Virus record (IMG/VR): IMGVR_UViG_3300032607_001425
Span: 1 to 64,000 of that record
DNA: 64,000 nucleotides
Source: a virus
Direction: 5' to 3' (one strand)
In this document: positions 1 through 8,382 of the stretch, in pieces
How the letters are laid out: every line of letters starts with the position of its first letter
How positions within the stretch are numbered: the stretch's first letter is position 1
Program-made: the position numbers and the translations under genes
Notes under the pieces: model-generated
Seen by the model: only the letters and a program-made list of their open reading frames with translations
What the model was told of the DNA's origin: nothing
Databases searched by the model: none

Positions 1-138
1 AACCAATTCACTATAAATCTGCGAGAATTTATCTTTAACAATATTCAATGAATATTCATTATTACTAAAATGGTGCTCTTTTTCTATTTTATTTAAGAAA
101 TTAATATAATTTCTATCAAACAAGCTGTATTTTGACAT
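1..138 (-). CDS. hypothetical early protein (3' end runs off window)
   Basis: ATG at 138, open to window edge (MSKYSLFDRNY...), directly downstream of the repeated early promoter. Confidence 0.6.
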   Translation of the reverse strand, partial: MSKYSLFDRNYINFLNKIEKEHHFSNNEYSLNIVKDKFSQIYSELV

Positions 139-159
139 AACTTTTGTTGTTTTAATTAT

Positions 160-218
160 TAATACCTAAAGATACTTAAAAGAAAGCAGACCAGCAACTG
201 ATCTGCTAACTTTTTTTT
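160..218 (-). promoter_or_regulatory. composite terminator/early promoter module
   Basis: minus strand GTTG-N~20-GTATCTTTAGGTATT with hairpin AGCAGATCAG-TTG-CTGGTCTGCT in the spacer; near-identical copies at 3023-3080 and 3928-3984. Confidence 0.75.
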
Positions 219-220
219 AA

Positions 221-583
221 TTATTCTTGCTCAGAAGAAACTAAAATTAATTCTGAATCTTGCTCAACTTCTTCCTCTTCTTCAAGTTCACACAAATTAT
301 TCTCAATTGCTTCTCTGATATAATCAAAGTTAATTGGAACTTCAGTTAATTCAATTTTATTATTGTAACCAATATCAAATTCAGCTGAATCTCTATCTAC
401 AATATCGTCAGAACAATTCTCTAAACTAGACATTATATTATCAACTAATCTTCCAAGATCTTGAGCATTAACTCCTTTCTTCACTTCAATTGCATTGATA
501 AGAAATAATACATCTTCTTTTGAGAAGATTGAACTAATTGAACTTTGAACTTGAGCGATTGCATTTTCTTTTGTAATTTTCAT
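221..583 (-). CDS. hypothetical acidic protein
   Basis: 120 aa ORF with own promoter. Confidence 0.75.
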   Translation of the reverse strand: MKITKENAIAQVQSSISSIFSKEDVLFLINAIEVKKGVNAQDLGRLVDNIMSSLENCSDDIVDRDSAEFDIGYNNKIELTEVPINFDYIREAIENNLCELEEEEEVEQDSELILVSSEQE

Positions 584-607
584 AATGTTTGTTTGTTTTA
601 ATTATTT

Positions 608-646
608 TGATAAAGATACTAAATTAATATACTACTCACAACTTTT
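608..646 (-). promoter_or_regulatory. early promoter (Bacteroidota sigma70-like -33 TTG / -7 TATCTTTA)
   Basis: same motif recurs at ~1018, 1293, 3306, 3455, 4259, 4866, 5543, 8031, 9475, 10376, each just upstream of an ATG. Confidence 0.75.
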
Positions 647-649
647 TTA

Positions 650-997
650 CTAATTATTTTCAAAGTTTTTTACATCAAACTCAATTAAGAATTCTCTCTG
701 AAAATCTTCATTAACAACTTTGTCAAATTCATCTGCAATTAACTTTTGCAAATCAACTCCAAATTCTAAATGAAATTGTTTCAACTTCTTCCATCCTTCA
801 TATCCTTTCACAGGCATATCCATGTAAGTTTCATTATCTTGATCCATAAATTCAAAATCACCAGTAAGCAATCCTGATTGTCTATCTTTGTAAACATACG
901 CTTGAGCGATTGCGTTTAACTTAACTTGACCAACTACGATAGGAAATTCGAAATTAACCATCATCATTTTGTTTGTAATCTTAACTTGATTTTTCAT
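650..997 (-). CDS. hypothetical protein
   Basis: 115 aa ORF with own promoter. Confidence 0.75.
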   Translation of the reverse strand: MKNQVKITNKMMMVNFEFPIVVGQVKLNAIAQAYVYKDRQSGLLTGDFEFMDQDNETYMDMPVKGYEGWKKLKQFHLEFGVDLQKLIADEFDKVVNEDFQREFLIEFDVKNFENN

Positions 998-1057
998 GTT
1001 TGTTTGTTTTAATTATTTTGATAAAGATGCTAAATTAATACTTTGTATGCAACTTTT

Positions 1058-1273
1058 TTATTGATTATTATCTACTCCGTATAATAATGCTGAGTTGTAA
1101 TCTTCTTCATCTTCTTCATCTAATCCAAAGTTAACTAAAGCAGCTTGCATTGCTTCTGAAGCCTCAGCTCCTGATAACCAATTGTTAACTAAAAATTCTA
1201 CTAATGAACTATCTGAGATTCCATTCTCAATTAATCTTTCTTGTAATTCAAAGGCTTTGTTTCTGTCTGACAT
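1058..1273 (-). CDS. hypothetical acidic protein
   Basis: 71 aa ORF with own promoter. Confidence 0.7.
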   Translation of the reverse strand: MSDRNKAFELQERLIENGISDSSLVEFLVNNWLSGAEASEAMQAALVNFGLDEEDEEDYNSALLYGVDNNQ

Positions 1274-1342
1274 GATTTGTTGTTTTAATTATTAATACCT
1301 AAAGATACTGAATTAATACATTCCCAGCAACAAAAAAGTGAA

Positions 1343-1783
1343 TTATTTTAATCTTTTTTTTATACTCTCTAACCAATCATATTGCTTCTGAGATATATCA
1401 TTATTGTGTTGGATGTCTGTGAGAAACTTTACTTCAATATCTTTTAGTTGGTACCTTGTCTTATTCTTTAATATACCATAAATAACTTTCTTCCTACTTT
1501 GAACTTTCTGAGCTTTGGAAGAAGGCTTACCTACTTTTTTAATAGGCTTGCCTTTAGTTGAAGTTATATTACCATCTAATTGGTACCTCCTTATAACTTC
1601 TTCCTTGTAGGTGATCTTAGATTTTAAATCTAGGACCTCAGCAAAAATTCTATTGTGGGAAGTTTGTAAGTCTCCATTCTCCCTCTTTAAAGTAACGACC
1701 TGTTGTTGTAGATCTTTGATCCTGCGTTGTAATTCTTCATTTGCAGATTTATACTCAGCAATTGTTAGGGTGGTTAAATCCAT
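1343..1783 (-). CDS. coiled-coil hypothetical protein
   Basis: 146 aa, N-terminal heptad pattern, basic linker, small C-terminal helical domain. Confidence 0.7.
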   Translation of the reverse strand: MDLTTLTIAEYKSANEELQRRIKDLQQQVVTLKRENGDLQTSHNRIFAEVLDLKSKITYKEEVIRRYQLDGNITSTKGKPIKKVGKPSSKAQKVQSRKKVIYGILKNKTRYQLKDIEVKFLTDIQHNNDISQKQYDWLESIKKRLK

Positions 1784-2160
1784 CTTTTTAAATAATCAAT
1801 AAAAATTAAACATAGTTCAAGATATGTAGGTTTTACCCTATCTTGAAAATTTTCAGCACTCATTGATATTTTTCAAAGCTATCTTACCTTTAGACATCCG
1901 TCCAATTACAGAAGGTTTAGATTGGCTACTAATTTACGCTTGTTGGGAATACTACAACCCTAATCAATAATATGTCTTGTAGTACAATAAGGGGAAAAGA
2001 AAAAGGCCTCTCAATTAAGAGAAGCCTTTTATGATTATCCCTTAAGTGGAGTGACATGCACACGAAAGAGAGTATTCTAAAATAAATATAAGGAAAAAAT
2101 CCTTTGTATCCAACTATTATGCTCTGTTAAGACTAGATGTCACTCTATTGTCATTACATA
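1784..2160 (-). ncRNA. long structured leader / ncRNA with kissing-loop 5' module
   Basis: ORF-free ~380 nt after late promoter; loop AGUGACAU (2131-2152) complementary to AUGUCACU (2046-2063); terminator 2000-2030; further hairpins at 1815-1985. Confidence 0.5.
2000..2030 (-). terminator. intrinsic terminator-like hairpin
   Basis: AAAAGGCTTCTCTTAATTGAGAGGCCTTTTTCTTTT on minus strand. Confidence 0.65.
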
Positions 2161-2171
2161 TATAAATAGCA
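2161..2171 (-). promoter_or_regulatory. putative late promoter (TGC)TATTTATA
   Basis: TATAAATA on + (TATTTATA on -) recurs at 2161, 12526, 28152, 32383, 33188, 36483, 40113, 44666, 46789, 52589, 59558, 62321, upstream of minus-strand genes. Confidence 0.65.
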
Positions 2172-2263
2172 ACTAATTATCAAAAGCCATGTTTTTTAAA
2201 CCAGGAAAAGGAGCCTAAGCTCCTCGTTCCATCGATCAATAATTTAGGGTAACAACTCCCTAA

Positions 2264-3001
2264 TCATACCAACTCTGAAGCTGATACAATATTGTCATGA
2301 AAATATACAGCTTGATTCAATATATTCTCTACGTTACAATTTTCTTCTCTTGTATGAAATCCATCTCTAGTAGTATATATCATAGTACAAGTTTTTCCTG
2401 ACTTAGAAAAATCAATCATCTTCAATGACTTAACTTTAATTGCATAACTTCTCTTGAACTCAATATAAACATATTGGTCAAAAACTATTCCCTCTTTCAA
2501 AGAAAGTTCAATCTCAAGCTTTCTTCTTTCATCATTAGCTTTCTGATAAGCTCTTTTCTCTTTCTCATATCCATCCTGAATAGAATACAACTCACTTTCT
2601 CTTTCTTGATTTGACTTTCTAACATCAGCAATCTCCTTCAAGATAATCTCAGATCTTGTTTTAATAATTCTAGCAACTTTTCCTAAATGAATCAATCTAT
2701 CAAGTTCAAATTCAGACTGAGTATTTGTAGTATAGTAAGATAACTCTAATCTAGTATCCTCTTTATATCTAGAATAAAAATAGATAGAGAATAACTTTTT
2801 TAACCTTCCATCCTCTTCATCTTTCAACTCGAAGTAAGCTGATTCTCCTGATACTTGGATAGTAAATTCTCTAAAAGTATTGAAGTGATCATCAAATACA
2901 GATTGAACTTTCAAGTCAGTAGACTTTTTTAATTCAAATCTCTCAGCTGAAACTTTATTGATAAGTTCCTCTAATTGTGTAATTTCGTTTAAATGGTACA
3001 T
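2264..3001 (-). CDS. hypothetical protein
   Basis: 245 aa ORF with own promoter. Confidence 0.8.
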   Translation of the reverse strand: MYHLNEITQLEELINKVSAERFELKKSTDLKVQSVFDDHFNTFREFTIQVSGESAYFELKDEEDGRLKKLFSIYFYSRYKEDTRLELSYYTTNTQSEFELDRLIHLGKVARIIKTRSEIILKEIADVRKSNQERESELYSIQDGYEKEKRAYQKANDERRKLEIELSLKEGIVFDQYVYIEFKRSYAIKVKSLKMIDFSKSGKTCTMIYTTRDGFHTREENCNVENILNQAVYFHDNIVSASELV

Positions 3002-3022
3002 GTTGTTATATGTTTTAATTAG

Positions 3023-3080
3023 TAATACCTAAAGATAGTTAAAAGAAAGCAGACTAGCAACTAATCTGCTAACTTTTTTT
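3023..3080 (-). promoter_or_regulatory. composite terminator/early promoter module
   Basis: copy of the 160-218 module. Confidence 0.7.
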
Positions 3081-3088
3081 AAAATAAT

Positions 3089-3283
3089 CTACTCTTGTTC
3101 TTCTAGATCTTGTAAATAATCATCAAACTGTGACATAAAAACAAAATCAGCATTGTCATCAACTTGTTGTAGTACTACTTTCTCAACAAAGTCTTTACAA
3201 TGTTTTTCAATTTCATCTTTGTTCCAACCAAAATCTTCATAGTACTCTACAAAATTGTCATCAACTTCAAATGTAATTTTCAT
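3089..3283 (-). CDS. hypothetical acidic protein
   Basis: 64 aa ORF with own promoter. Confidence 0.7.
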   Translation of the reverse strand: MKITFEVDDNFVEYYEDFGWNKDEIEKHCKDFVEKVVLQQVDDNADFVFMSQFDDYLQDLEEQE

Positions 3284-3511
3284 AATGTTTGTTGTTTTTA
3301 GTTATTAATACCTAAAGATACTCAATTAATACTCCGTATGCAACTTTTTATTGAATTATTTTTGTAACATTTCTTTTGTTAACAATCCTTTAGTGTACAG
3401 ATCGTACAATTCTAATAACGTATAATTTTTCATAACCTTTGTTATTTTAATTAATAATACCTAAAGATACTAAATTAATACTTTGCTTGCAACTTTTTTA
3501 CTAAGTATTTT

Positions 3512-3571
3512 TGTGGAGAGCAAGGACTTGAACCTTGTGCCTGTAGCTCTACGGCTTTCTCCGACCTCTCC
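3512..3571 (-). ncRNA. degenerate tRNA-like RNA (acceptor and T-arm intact, D-arm lost)
   Basis: GGAGAG...CAAGG-TTCAAGT-CCTTG-CTCTCC-A-CA. Confidence 0.45.
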
Positions 3572-3615
3572 TGGACCTGCAGATCCCTTGTCAATAATTG
3601 TTCAATCTAATTATT

Positions 3616-3688
3616 TGATGTTGTGGCAGGATTCGAACCTGAAACCTATTGGAAAACCCAATGCTCTAGCCAATTGAGCTACACAACA
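3616..3688 (-). tRNA. tRNA-like gene with truncated anticodon arm (pseudo-tRNA, no assignable anticodon)
   Basis: TGTTGTG-TA-GCTC-AATTGGCTA-GAGC-A-TTGG-GTTTT-CCAA-TAGGTT-TCAGG-TTCGAAT-CCTGC-CACAACA. Confidence 0.6.
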
Positions 3689-3927
3689 AACTTATTTTTT
3701 ATTCTACAATTTGAAATGCTCTCTCCATTCTAACATTGTCTGCTGTATGAATGTTTCCCATCTTAAGTAACCACTGATAAAACTTTTCTTGATTTGACAT
3801 AGCTTATTGATTAAATGTTTTGCATTATTGCTGATGCTAATACTGCTACTTGAAATACTACTAGAACTGCTAGTACTACTAATAAACCTACTTCTTTGTT
3901 TACCATAACCTTTGTTGTTTTAATTAC

Positions 3928-3984
3928 TAATACCTAAAGATACTTAAAAGAAAGCGGACTAGCAACTAATCCGCTAACTTTTTT
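3928..3984 (-). promoter_or_regulatory. composite terminator/early promoter module
   Basis: copy of the 160-218 module with compensatory GCGG/CCGC stem change. Confidence 0.7.
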
Positions 3985-3985
3985 A

Positions 3986-4237
3986 CTAATTATTTTCAAC
4001 AAAATATTTAAAATAAGCTCTGCAATCCCCGTCCTCTTGCAGCAAAATTCTCTTGTATAGGCCCTTACCAAGGCCCCGTCTTAGCATATCTGCATACTTT
4101 TTGTTAGATTCATAGCTTGAACTTCTGAAATATCCGAATACTTTTTGCTGGATTTCAGTTTCTGTTTGAAAAGGATTGTCTTTTAAGAAATTTGCAATCT
4201 CTTTAACTGAGCGATAAGGTGCTGGTGATTTCCACAT
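3986..4237 (-). CDS. hypothetical protein, possible winged-helix
   Basis: 83 aa ORF with own promoter. Confidence 0.7.
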   Translation of the reverse strand: MWKSPAPYRSVKEIANFLKDNPFQTETEIQQKVFGYFRSSSYESNKKYADMLRRGLGKGLYKRILLQEDGDCRAYFKYFVENN

Positions 4238-4316
4238 AACTTTTGTAGTTTTAATTATTAATACCTAAAGATACTCAATTAATACACTACTGACAACTTT
4301 TTTATAAGTTATTTTA

Positions 4317-4391
4317 CTTACACTTTTTGTACAAGCATCAAAGGATCTACTTACACTTTTGGTCCGAGAGGGAGAGGATCAGCTTACACTT
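4317..4391. repeat. three CTTACACTT motifs at exact 33-bp spacing
   Basis: at 4317, 4350, 4383; second and third preceded by AGGATCnn. Confidence 0.7.
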
Positions 4392-4404
4392 GACAAGCAA
4401 ACAT

Positions 4405-4437
4405 AAAAAAAGAGAGATGAATTAACATCTCTCTCTA
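4405..4437 (-). terminator. intrinsic terminator
   Basis: AGAGAGATG-TTAATT-CATCTCTCT followed by T-run on minus strand. Confidence 0.7.
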
Positions 4438-4448
4438 CTTAATTTAAT

Positions 4449-4844
4449 CTAATTTAATAATGAATTTAAAGTATCAATATGTTCTTGATAAACTTCTATG
4501 TCATTACTTTTTTGATACTCAATAATCTCTTGAAGAACTTGAATAACTTCTTCTTTCTTGTAAGTTAACATTTCATCATTAATAGTAACAATGAGAGGAC
4601 AGTGTTGAGACACTCTATCTCTTTGTTCTTGAGATACTAAATGAATAAAACACTTAGAATACTCAAATTCACTAGCTTCTATCTCTTCTAAGAAGCTCTC
4701 AAAAGAGACGATAGAGTCTTCAAAATCTAAAAACTTCTTTACTTCAGAAATAGCTTCATCTAAAGAATTACTAACTGATTCAACATACATTACGTTGTCT
4801 TCATAAAGAACTACTTGATCTTTTACTACTTTACATTTTGTCAT
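4449..4844 (-). CDS. hypothetical protein
   Basis: 131 aa ORF with own promoter. Confidence 0.75.
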   Translation of the reverse strand: MTKCKVVKDQVVLYEDNVMYVESVSNSLDEAISEVKKFLDFEDSIVSFESFLEEIEASEFEYSKCFIHLVSQEQRDRVSQHCPLIVTINDEMLTYKKEEVIQVLQEIIEYQKSNDIEVYQEHIDTLNSLLN

Positions 4845-4950
4845 AGAACTTGTTTTTATTTGTTTTGATAAAGATACTCAATTAATACGATCGAGACAAC
4901 AGCTACAGCTTATTTAGAATACAAATAAATAATAAAAATAAATGATCAAA

Positions 4951-4991
4951 CTGTTGTGAGATCAAAACTTATAGAGTATCTTTAGGTATTG
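4951..4991 (+). promoter_or_regulatory. early-type promoter on the plus strand (divergent)
   Basis: CTGTTG-N~20-GTATCTTTAGGTATT, same motif as the minus-strand promoters, with no real ORF downstream. Confidence 0.6.
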
Positions 4992-5100
4992 AAAAAAAGG
5001 GGCCTGCTAAAATGATACTTAGTGGAAGAGTAGACCGGACAGCACCTTTGTTTAGGTAGTAGGTGATACATAGTACCTGTCTATAGCCACTTAAAGCTAT

Positions 5101-5177
5101 ACTTTAACTTAAAGCTTTACTTTCACTTCCATCAACACTTTAACTGAAAGTATCCCTTTAACTGAAAGTATTACTTT
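5101..5177. repeat. 18-bp tandem repeat (ACTTTAACT[TG]AAAG...) x4
   Basis: units start at 5101, 5119, 5137, 5155 (partial 5173). Confidence 0.75.
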
Positions 5178-5313
5178 AGGTATGGGAAAAGGGACCCTTT
5201 TGAGATCCCTTGTTTTTGTGTTTGTCCTTTCGGTCGTAACTTTTTTTGCTCTTGTGCACCTTGTGCTGGGAAGCAGCCCATCTTTCCTGTAAGGTTACCT
5301 GAATAGTTTTCAT
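5176..5313 (-). CDS. small basic protein, ArfA-like
   Basis: not in ORF track; MKTIQVTLQERWAASQHKVHKSKKSYDRKDKHKNKGSQKGPFSHT, with KxKKSYxRKxKH motif. Confidence 0.55.
   Translation of the reverse strand: MKTIQVTLQERWAASQHKVHKSKKSYDRKDKHKNKGSQKGPFSHT
5187..5211 (-). terminator. terminator-like hairpin inside the ArfA-like ORF
   Basis: AAGGGAUCU-CAAAA-GGGUCCCUU-UU ends about 9 nt before the stop codon. Confidence 0.5.
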
Positions 5314-5318
5314 AGTGT

Positions 5319-5525
5319 TTAAATTGTTAGGGTTGTGGTTACTTCGCACTGCATCTGTCTGAATATATAGTGTGGGTTTCTGAAATACTTCCCTAAGAAC
5401 TCCAAGATCACTTCATGTTGCAATTCCCCCATAAGATTAAACTTAGTTACTAGGGCAGGGGCTGCTATAAACATTTGATTAGTCAGTAACCATTCATAAA
5501 CCTTAAGTGTTCTCATTGTTCTCAT
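5319..5525 (-). CDS. hypothetical protein
   Basis: ORF track 5319..5561, but the 5' part overlaps the promoter; likely start ATG 5525 (MRTMRTLK). Confidence 0.6.
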   Translation of the reverse strand: MRTMRTLKVYEWLLTNQMFIAAPALVTKFNLMGELQHEVILEFLGKYFRNPHYIFRQMQCEVTTTLTI

Positions 5526-5600
5526 ATCGTTTTGCTTTTTTAGATACCTAAAGATAGCCAATTAATATGTACGAGGCAACAGTTGATAGGTTTTTTTAAT

Positions 5601-6219
5601 CAGTTTTTCAAACGGTTTGCTAGTCGGTTCACCAAACGGTTCACTAGACGGTTTTGCAATCGGTTTTCTAGCACCAGATCGGTTCGCTAGACGGTTAGCC
5701 AAACGGTTTTCTACACCCTGATCGGTTCCCTAAACGGTTCCCTAAACGGTTTTTTACATTATTCGCAATGATTTGAACATTTGCTATAGGGGACGATTAT
5801 GATATTCTCACATAAATTGCTGTTGTATTGCGAATGTGATCGGTTTTCTAGGTACCAAACGGTTCGGTAAACGGTTATGTCAACGGTTCTCTAGGTGCAA
5901 AACTGTCTTTGTATAGGCAATTTGCTTTGAGGGAGACAAGTGTGACTACTATTTCCCGTTATAACCCTTCCCTTACACATCTTGTTTTGTACACATTACT
6001 ATATGGTTGGTAGTACTTTGTATGACCTAGTACTATTTGATTTATACACTTGCAATCGGTTTTACAAACGTTACATTGTCAGACTCCCTCACACATATAC
6101 ATCATCTCTACGTGTATTTACGTGTATCTACGACGTGATCTATTAGTATGTGAACGGTTTGCCAGATCGTTACTCAATCGGTTTTATAAACGGTTATCGA
6201 AACGGTTTGGTAGTCGGTT
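5601..6219. repeat. CGGTT repeat clusters with 12/19-bp spacing (iteron-like, candidate origin)
   Basis: CGGTT at 5613, 5625, 5637, 5649, 5661, 5680, 5692, 5704, 5723, 5735, 5747; 5841, 5860, 5872, 5884; 6057; 6155, 6179, 6191, 6203, 6215. Confidence 0.8.
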
Positions 6220-6411
6220 ATCTAAATGAGTTTCATACCATCTATCAAGTAGCATTTGTCCTATCTTCATTCTACTGTCTAGGTATCTTAACTCTTTGAG
6301 TACCTTAGGAGTTTGTTCCCTCATTAGTAATTGCTCCCTTCTCTTCTCTACCTTCCTTATGATATGATTTGAATACGCATCGTTTAGTTTATTTATTCCC
6401 CATACTTCCAT
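6184..6411 (-). CDS. hypothetical protein
   Basis: 75 aa; C-terminus (DNRLPNRFDNRL) is encoded by the CGGTT repeats. Confidence 0.6.
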   Translation of the reverse strand: MEVWGINKLNDAYSNHIIRKVEKRREQLLMREQTPKVLKELRYLDSRMKIGQMLLDRWYETHLDNRLPNRFDNRL

Positions 6412-6414
6412 GCT

Positions 6415-6648
6415 CTATAGTATTATTGCTTTTACTATTTGAAATTGTTTTCTTGCCTTTAGTAGTACATCATCTACGTTTTCATGTCTACCGTAGTACC
6501 ATTGATCATTTACATCTAATGCTACATCTATAGGGTGTATGTTTACTATCTCTACATCATTATATCCCCCTTCATATCCTTTTACCATTACTAATGTATC
6601 TTGATCTTTTATAGTGCTGAGTATTGCTATTAGTTGTTTTACGGTCAT
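6415..6648 (-). CDS. conserved phage hypothetical protein
   Basis: MTVKQLI...GYEGG motif typical of small phage proteins. Confidence 0.7.
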   Translation of the reverse strand: MTVKQLIAILSTIKDQDTLVMVKGYEGGYNDVEIVNIHPIDVALDVNDQWYYGRHENVDDVLLKARKQFQIVKAIIL

Positions 6649-6816
6649 TACTTTACTATTATTAGGTTCTTTCTCTTTTCGTATGCAAGTTCCTCCTTTA
6701 ATATTTTATTCTCTTGCAGTAACTTGTCTACTAATTCATTCAATACTTTGATCTCTATTTGAGGATCACCATGAATCTCTATCCAATCTTTAATGATATT
6801 ACCTTCTGTCTTCATA

Positions 6817-7005
6817 CTACTTATCTATACTTAATAAAAATGCAAACACTGCACTAATTATCATATATGCTCTAACAACTCCCCATTGAATGTTTACTTC
6901 AAGAATGCTCCATGATACAAAGCATCCTAGTAAATAAACTACTGCTACTAATGCTAGTGGTAATGCTATAAAGAATGCTAGGTAAATTTGTAAAAAATCT
7001 TTCAT
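6817..7005 (-). CDS. small membrane protein
   Basis: two hydrophobic segments. Confidence 0.65.
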   Translation of the reverse strand: MKDFLQIYLAFFIALPLALVAVVYLLGCFVSWSILEVNIQWGVVRAYMIISAVFAFLLSIDK

Positions 7006-7565
7006 ATGTATTGTTTATTAATTGTAAATGATTTGTACATTGTCTTAGGTTCACTTGGTGCATTACCATTCGAACTTAACCATAACTTATAATCGTCCTC
7101 ATTGACTTTATATCCCCAATGAAGTAATGATTGCTGAATTCTAGGAGATACATTCCAATCTTGTGTAGCATGTATTCTACTGTAGATATTACTTCTCCAT
7201 CTTCCTTTCACTCCACAAAAGTCATTCCATCTTTGTATCTGTCTATCATCATCTGAACATCTTCTCCCAAGGGAGTAGTTACAATACCACTGGAACCATC
7301 CTCTTGGATCATGATGAGATATCCATTTGTTATCTTTCCAAAATCTATAATCCTTACCACTTCTTATCCCAAACTTATTACTGTTGGGTGAGTACTTGGT
7401 TAACATATATAGGTTGGTATCAAGTCCTTTGAACAAACTTTCAAACAGATCTTTGTAGTCGTCGTCTGAATCATCTATAGCAATACCAAAGTAGCTACAT
7501 CCAAATGCTCCTGATTGTATAACGTCTCTTGGAGTTACATTAGGTTTAAAGGTATTGTTATCCAT
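7002..7565 (-). CDS. conserved hypothetical protein (DPRGWFQWY family)
   Basis: TPxxVxxxGAFG, DPRGWFQWYCxYxxGRRCxDDxRQIxRW motifs. Confidence 0.75.
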   Translation of the reverse strand: MDNNTFKPNVTPRDVIQSGAFGCSYFGIAIDDSDDDYKDLFESLFKGLDTNLYMLTKYSPNSNKFGIRSGKDYRFWKDNKWISHHDPRGWFQWYCNYSLGRRCSDDDRQIQRWNDFCGVKGRWRSNIYSRIHATQDWNVSPRIQQSLLHWGYKVNEDDYKLWLSSNGNAPSEPKTMYKSFTINKQYI

Positions 7566-7575
7566 GTTAATTATA

Positions 7576-7764
7576 TTACGTTATGTGTTTAATTGAATCA
7601 ATGTGTACTGCATGTGGGAAGTTGTTTACATCCCTAAGAACTACTGTATTTAGTTCTGGTACTTGGTGTACTGCTATTCCCTCTACCATAGTTCCACTTG
7701 CCTTCCTTGAGTTGAATGTTACTTTGGGTCCTTTATACTTTTTGGTGTATAGTGTTATGTCCAT
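7576..7764 (-). CDS. small beta-barrel-like hypothetical protein
   Basis: 62 aa ORF in operon. Confidence 0.6.
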   Translation of the reverse strand: MDITLYTKKYKGPKVTFNSRKASGTMVEGIAVHQVPELNTVVLRDVNNFPHAVHIDSIKHIT

Positions 7765-8092
7765 GTTGTATAATTATTTGTTAAAAATCCGCGTCACAGC
7801 TTGGTTAGCGCCCTCTCCTGCTTTTTACTATGCTTTCAATAATCAATCCAAAACCTATTACAAATCCTCCAACGACGCATCCTCCTGCTATCGCTCCTAC
7901 TATTGCATGTATCATATTGTATCTATTTGTTCTTGCGTTAAACTATCTCTCCATTTGTTGATGTAAGTCTCTTCTTCATCACATAGCGCTTGTAATTCTT
8001 CGTCTGTCATAACCTTTATTTGTTTGTTTCTAATACTTAAAGATACGCAAAAAGAGTTACCGAAGCAACTCTTTTGTCAATTATTTTTAAAA

Positions 8093-8332
8093 CTATAATT
8101 CGTTCTCTGGTGTTCCTGTTAATGAATCTTCTGAAATGTATTTTGCATTCACTTGCTCCTTGAGTACTTCTCTTAGATACTTTACGTTATCAACTCCTCC
8201 TACTCCTCGTATAGCTTTCTGAGGATCTTTGAATAATTTGTCGTGAGTCTTTCCATTCTTTTTGATAACTTGGAAATAGTTACCATTGACAGCTGCCATT
8301 AATTCTTTTGGTGTTTTTACTTTTGCGTCCAT
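8093..8332 (-). CDS. hypothetical protein
   Basis: 79 aa ORF. Confidence 0.65.
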   Translation of the reverse strand: MDAKVKTPKELMAAVNGNYFQVIKKNGKTHDKLFKDPQKAIRGVGGVDNVKYLREVLKEQVNAKYISEDSLTGTPENEL

Positions 8333-8382
8333 AACTTACTTTTTACTTATTTACTATTACTATATCTAACTATACTGAAGTA

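Noticed and set aside
4317-6219. CRISPR or TIGR array
   Set aside because: Repeats are 5-18 bp with very short inserts, there are no box C/D motifs, and no cas/tas genes are nearby.
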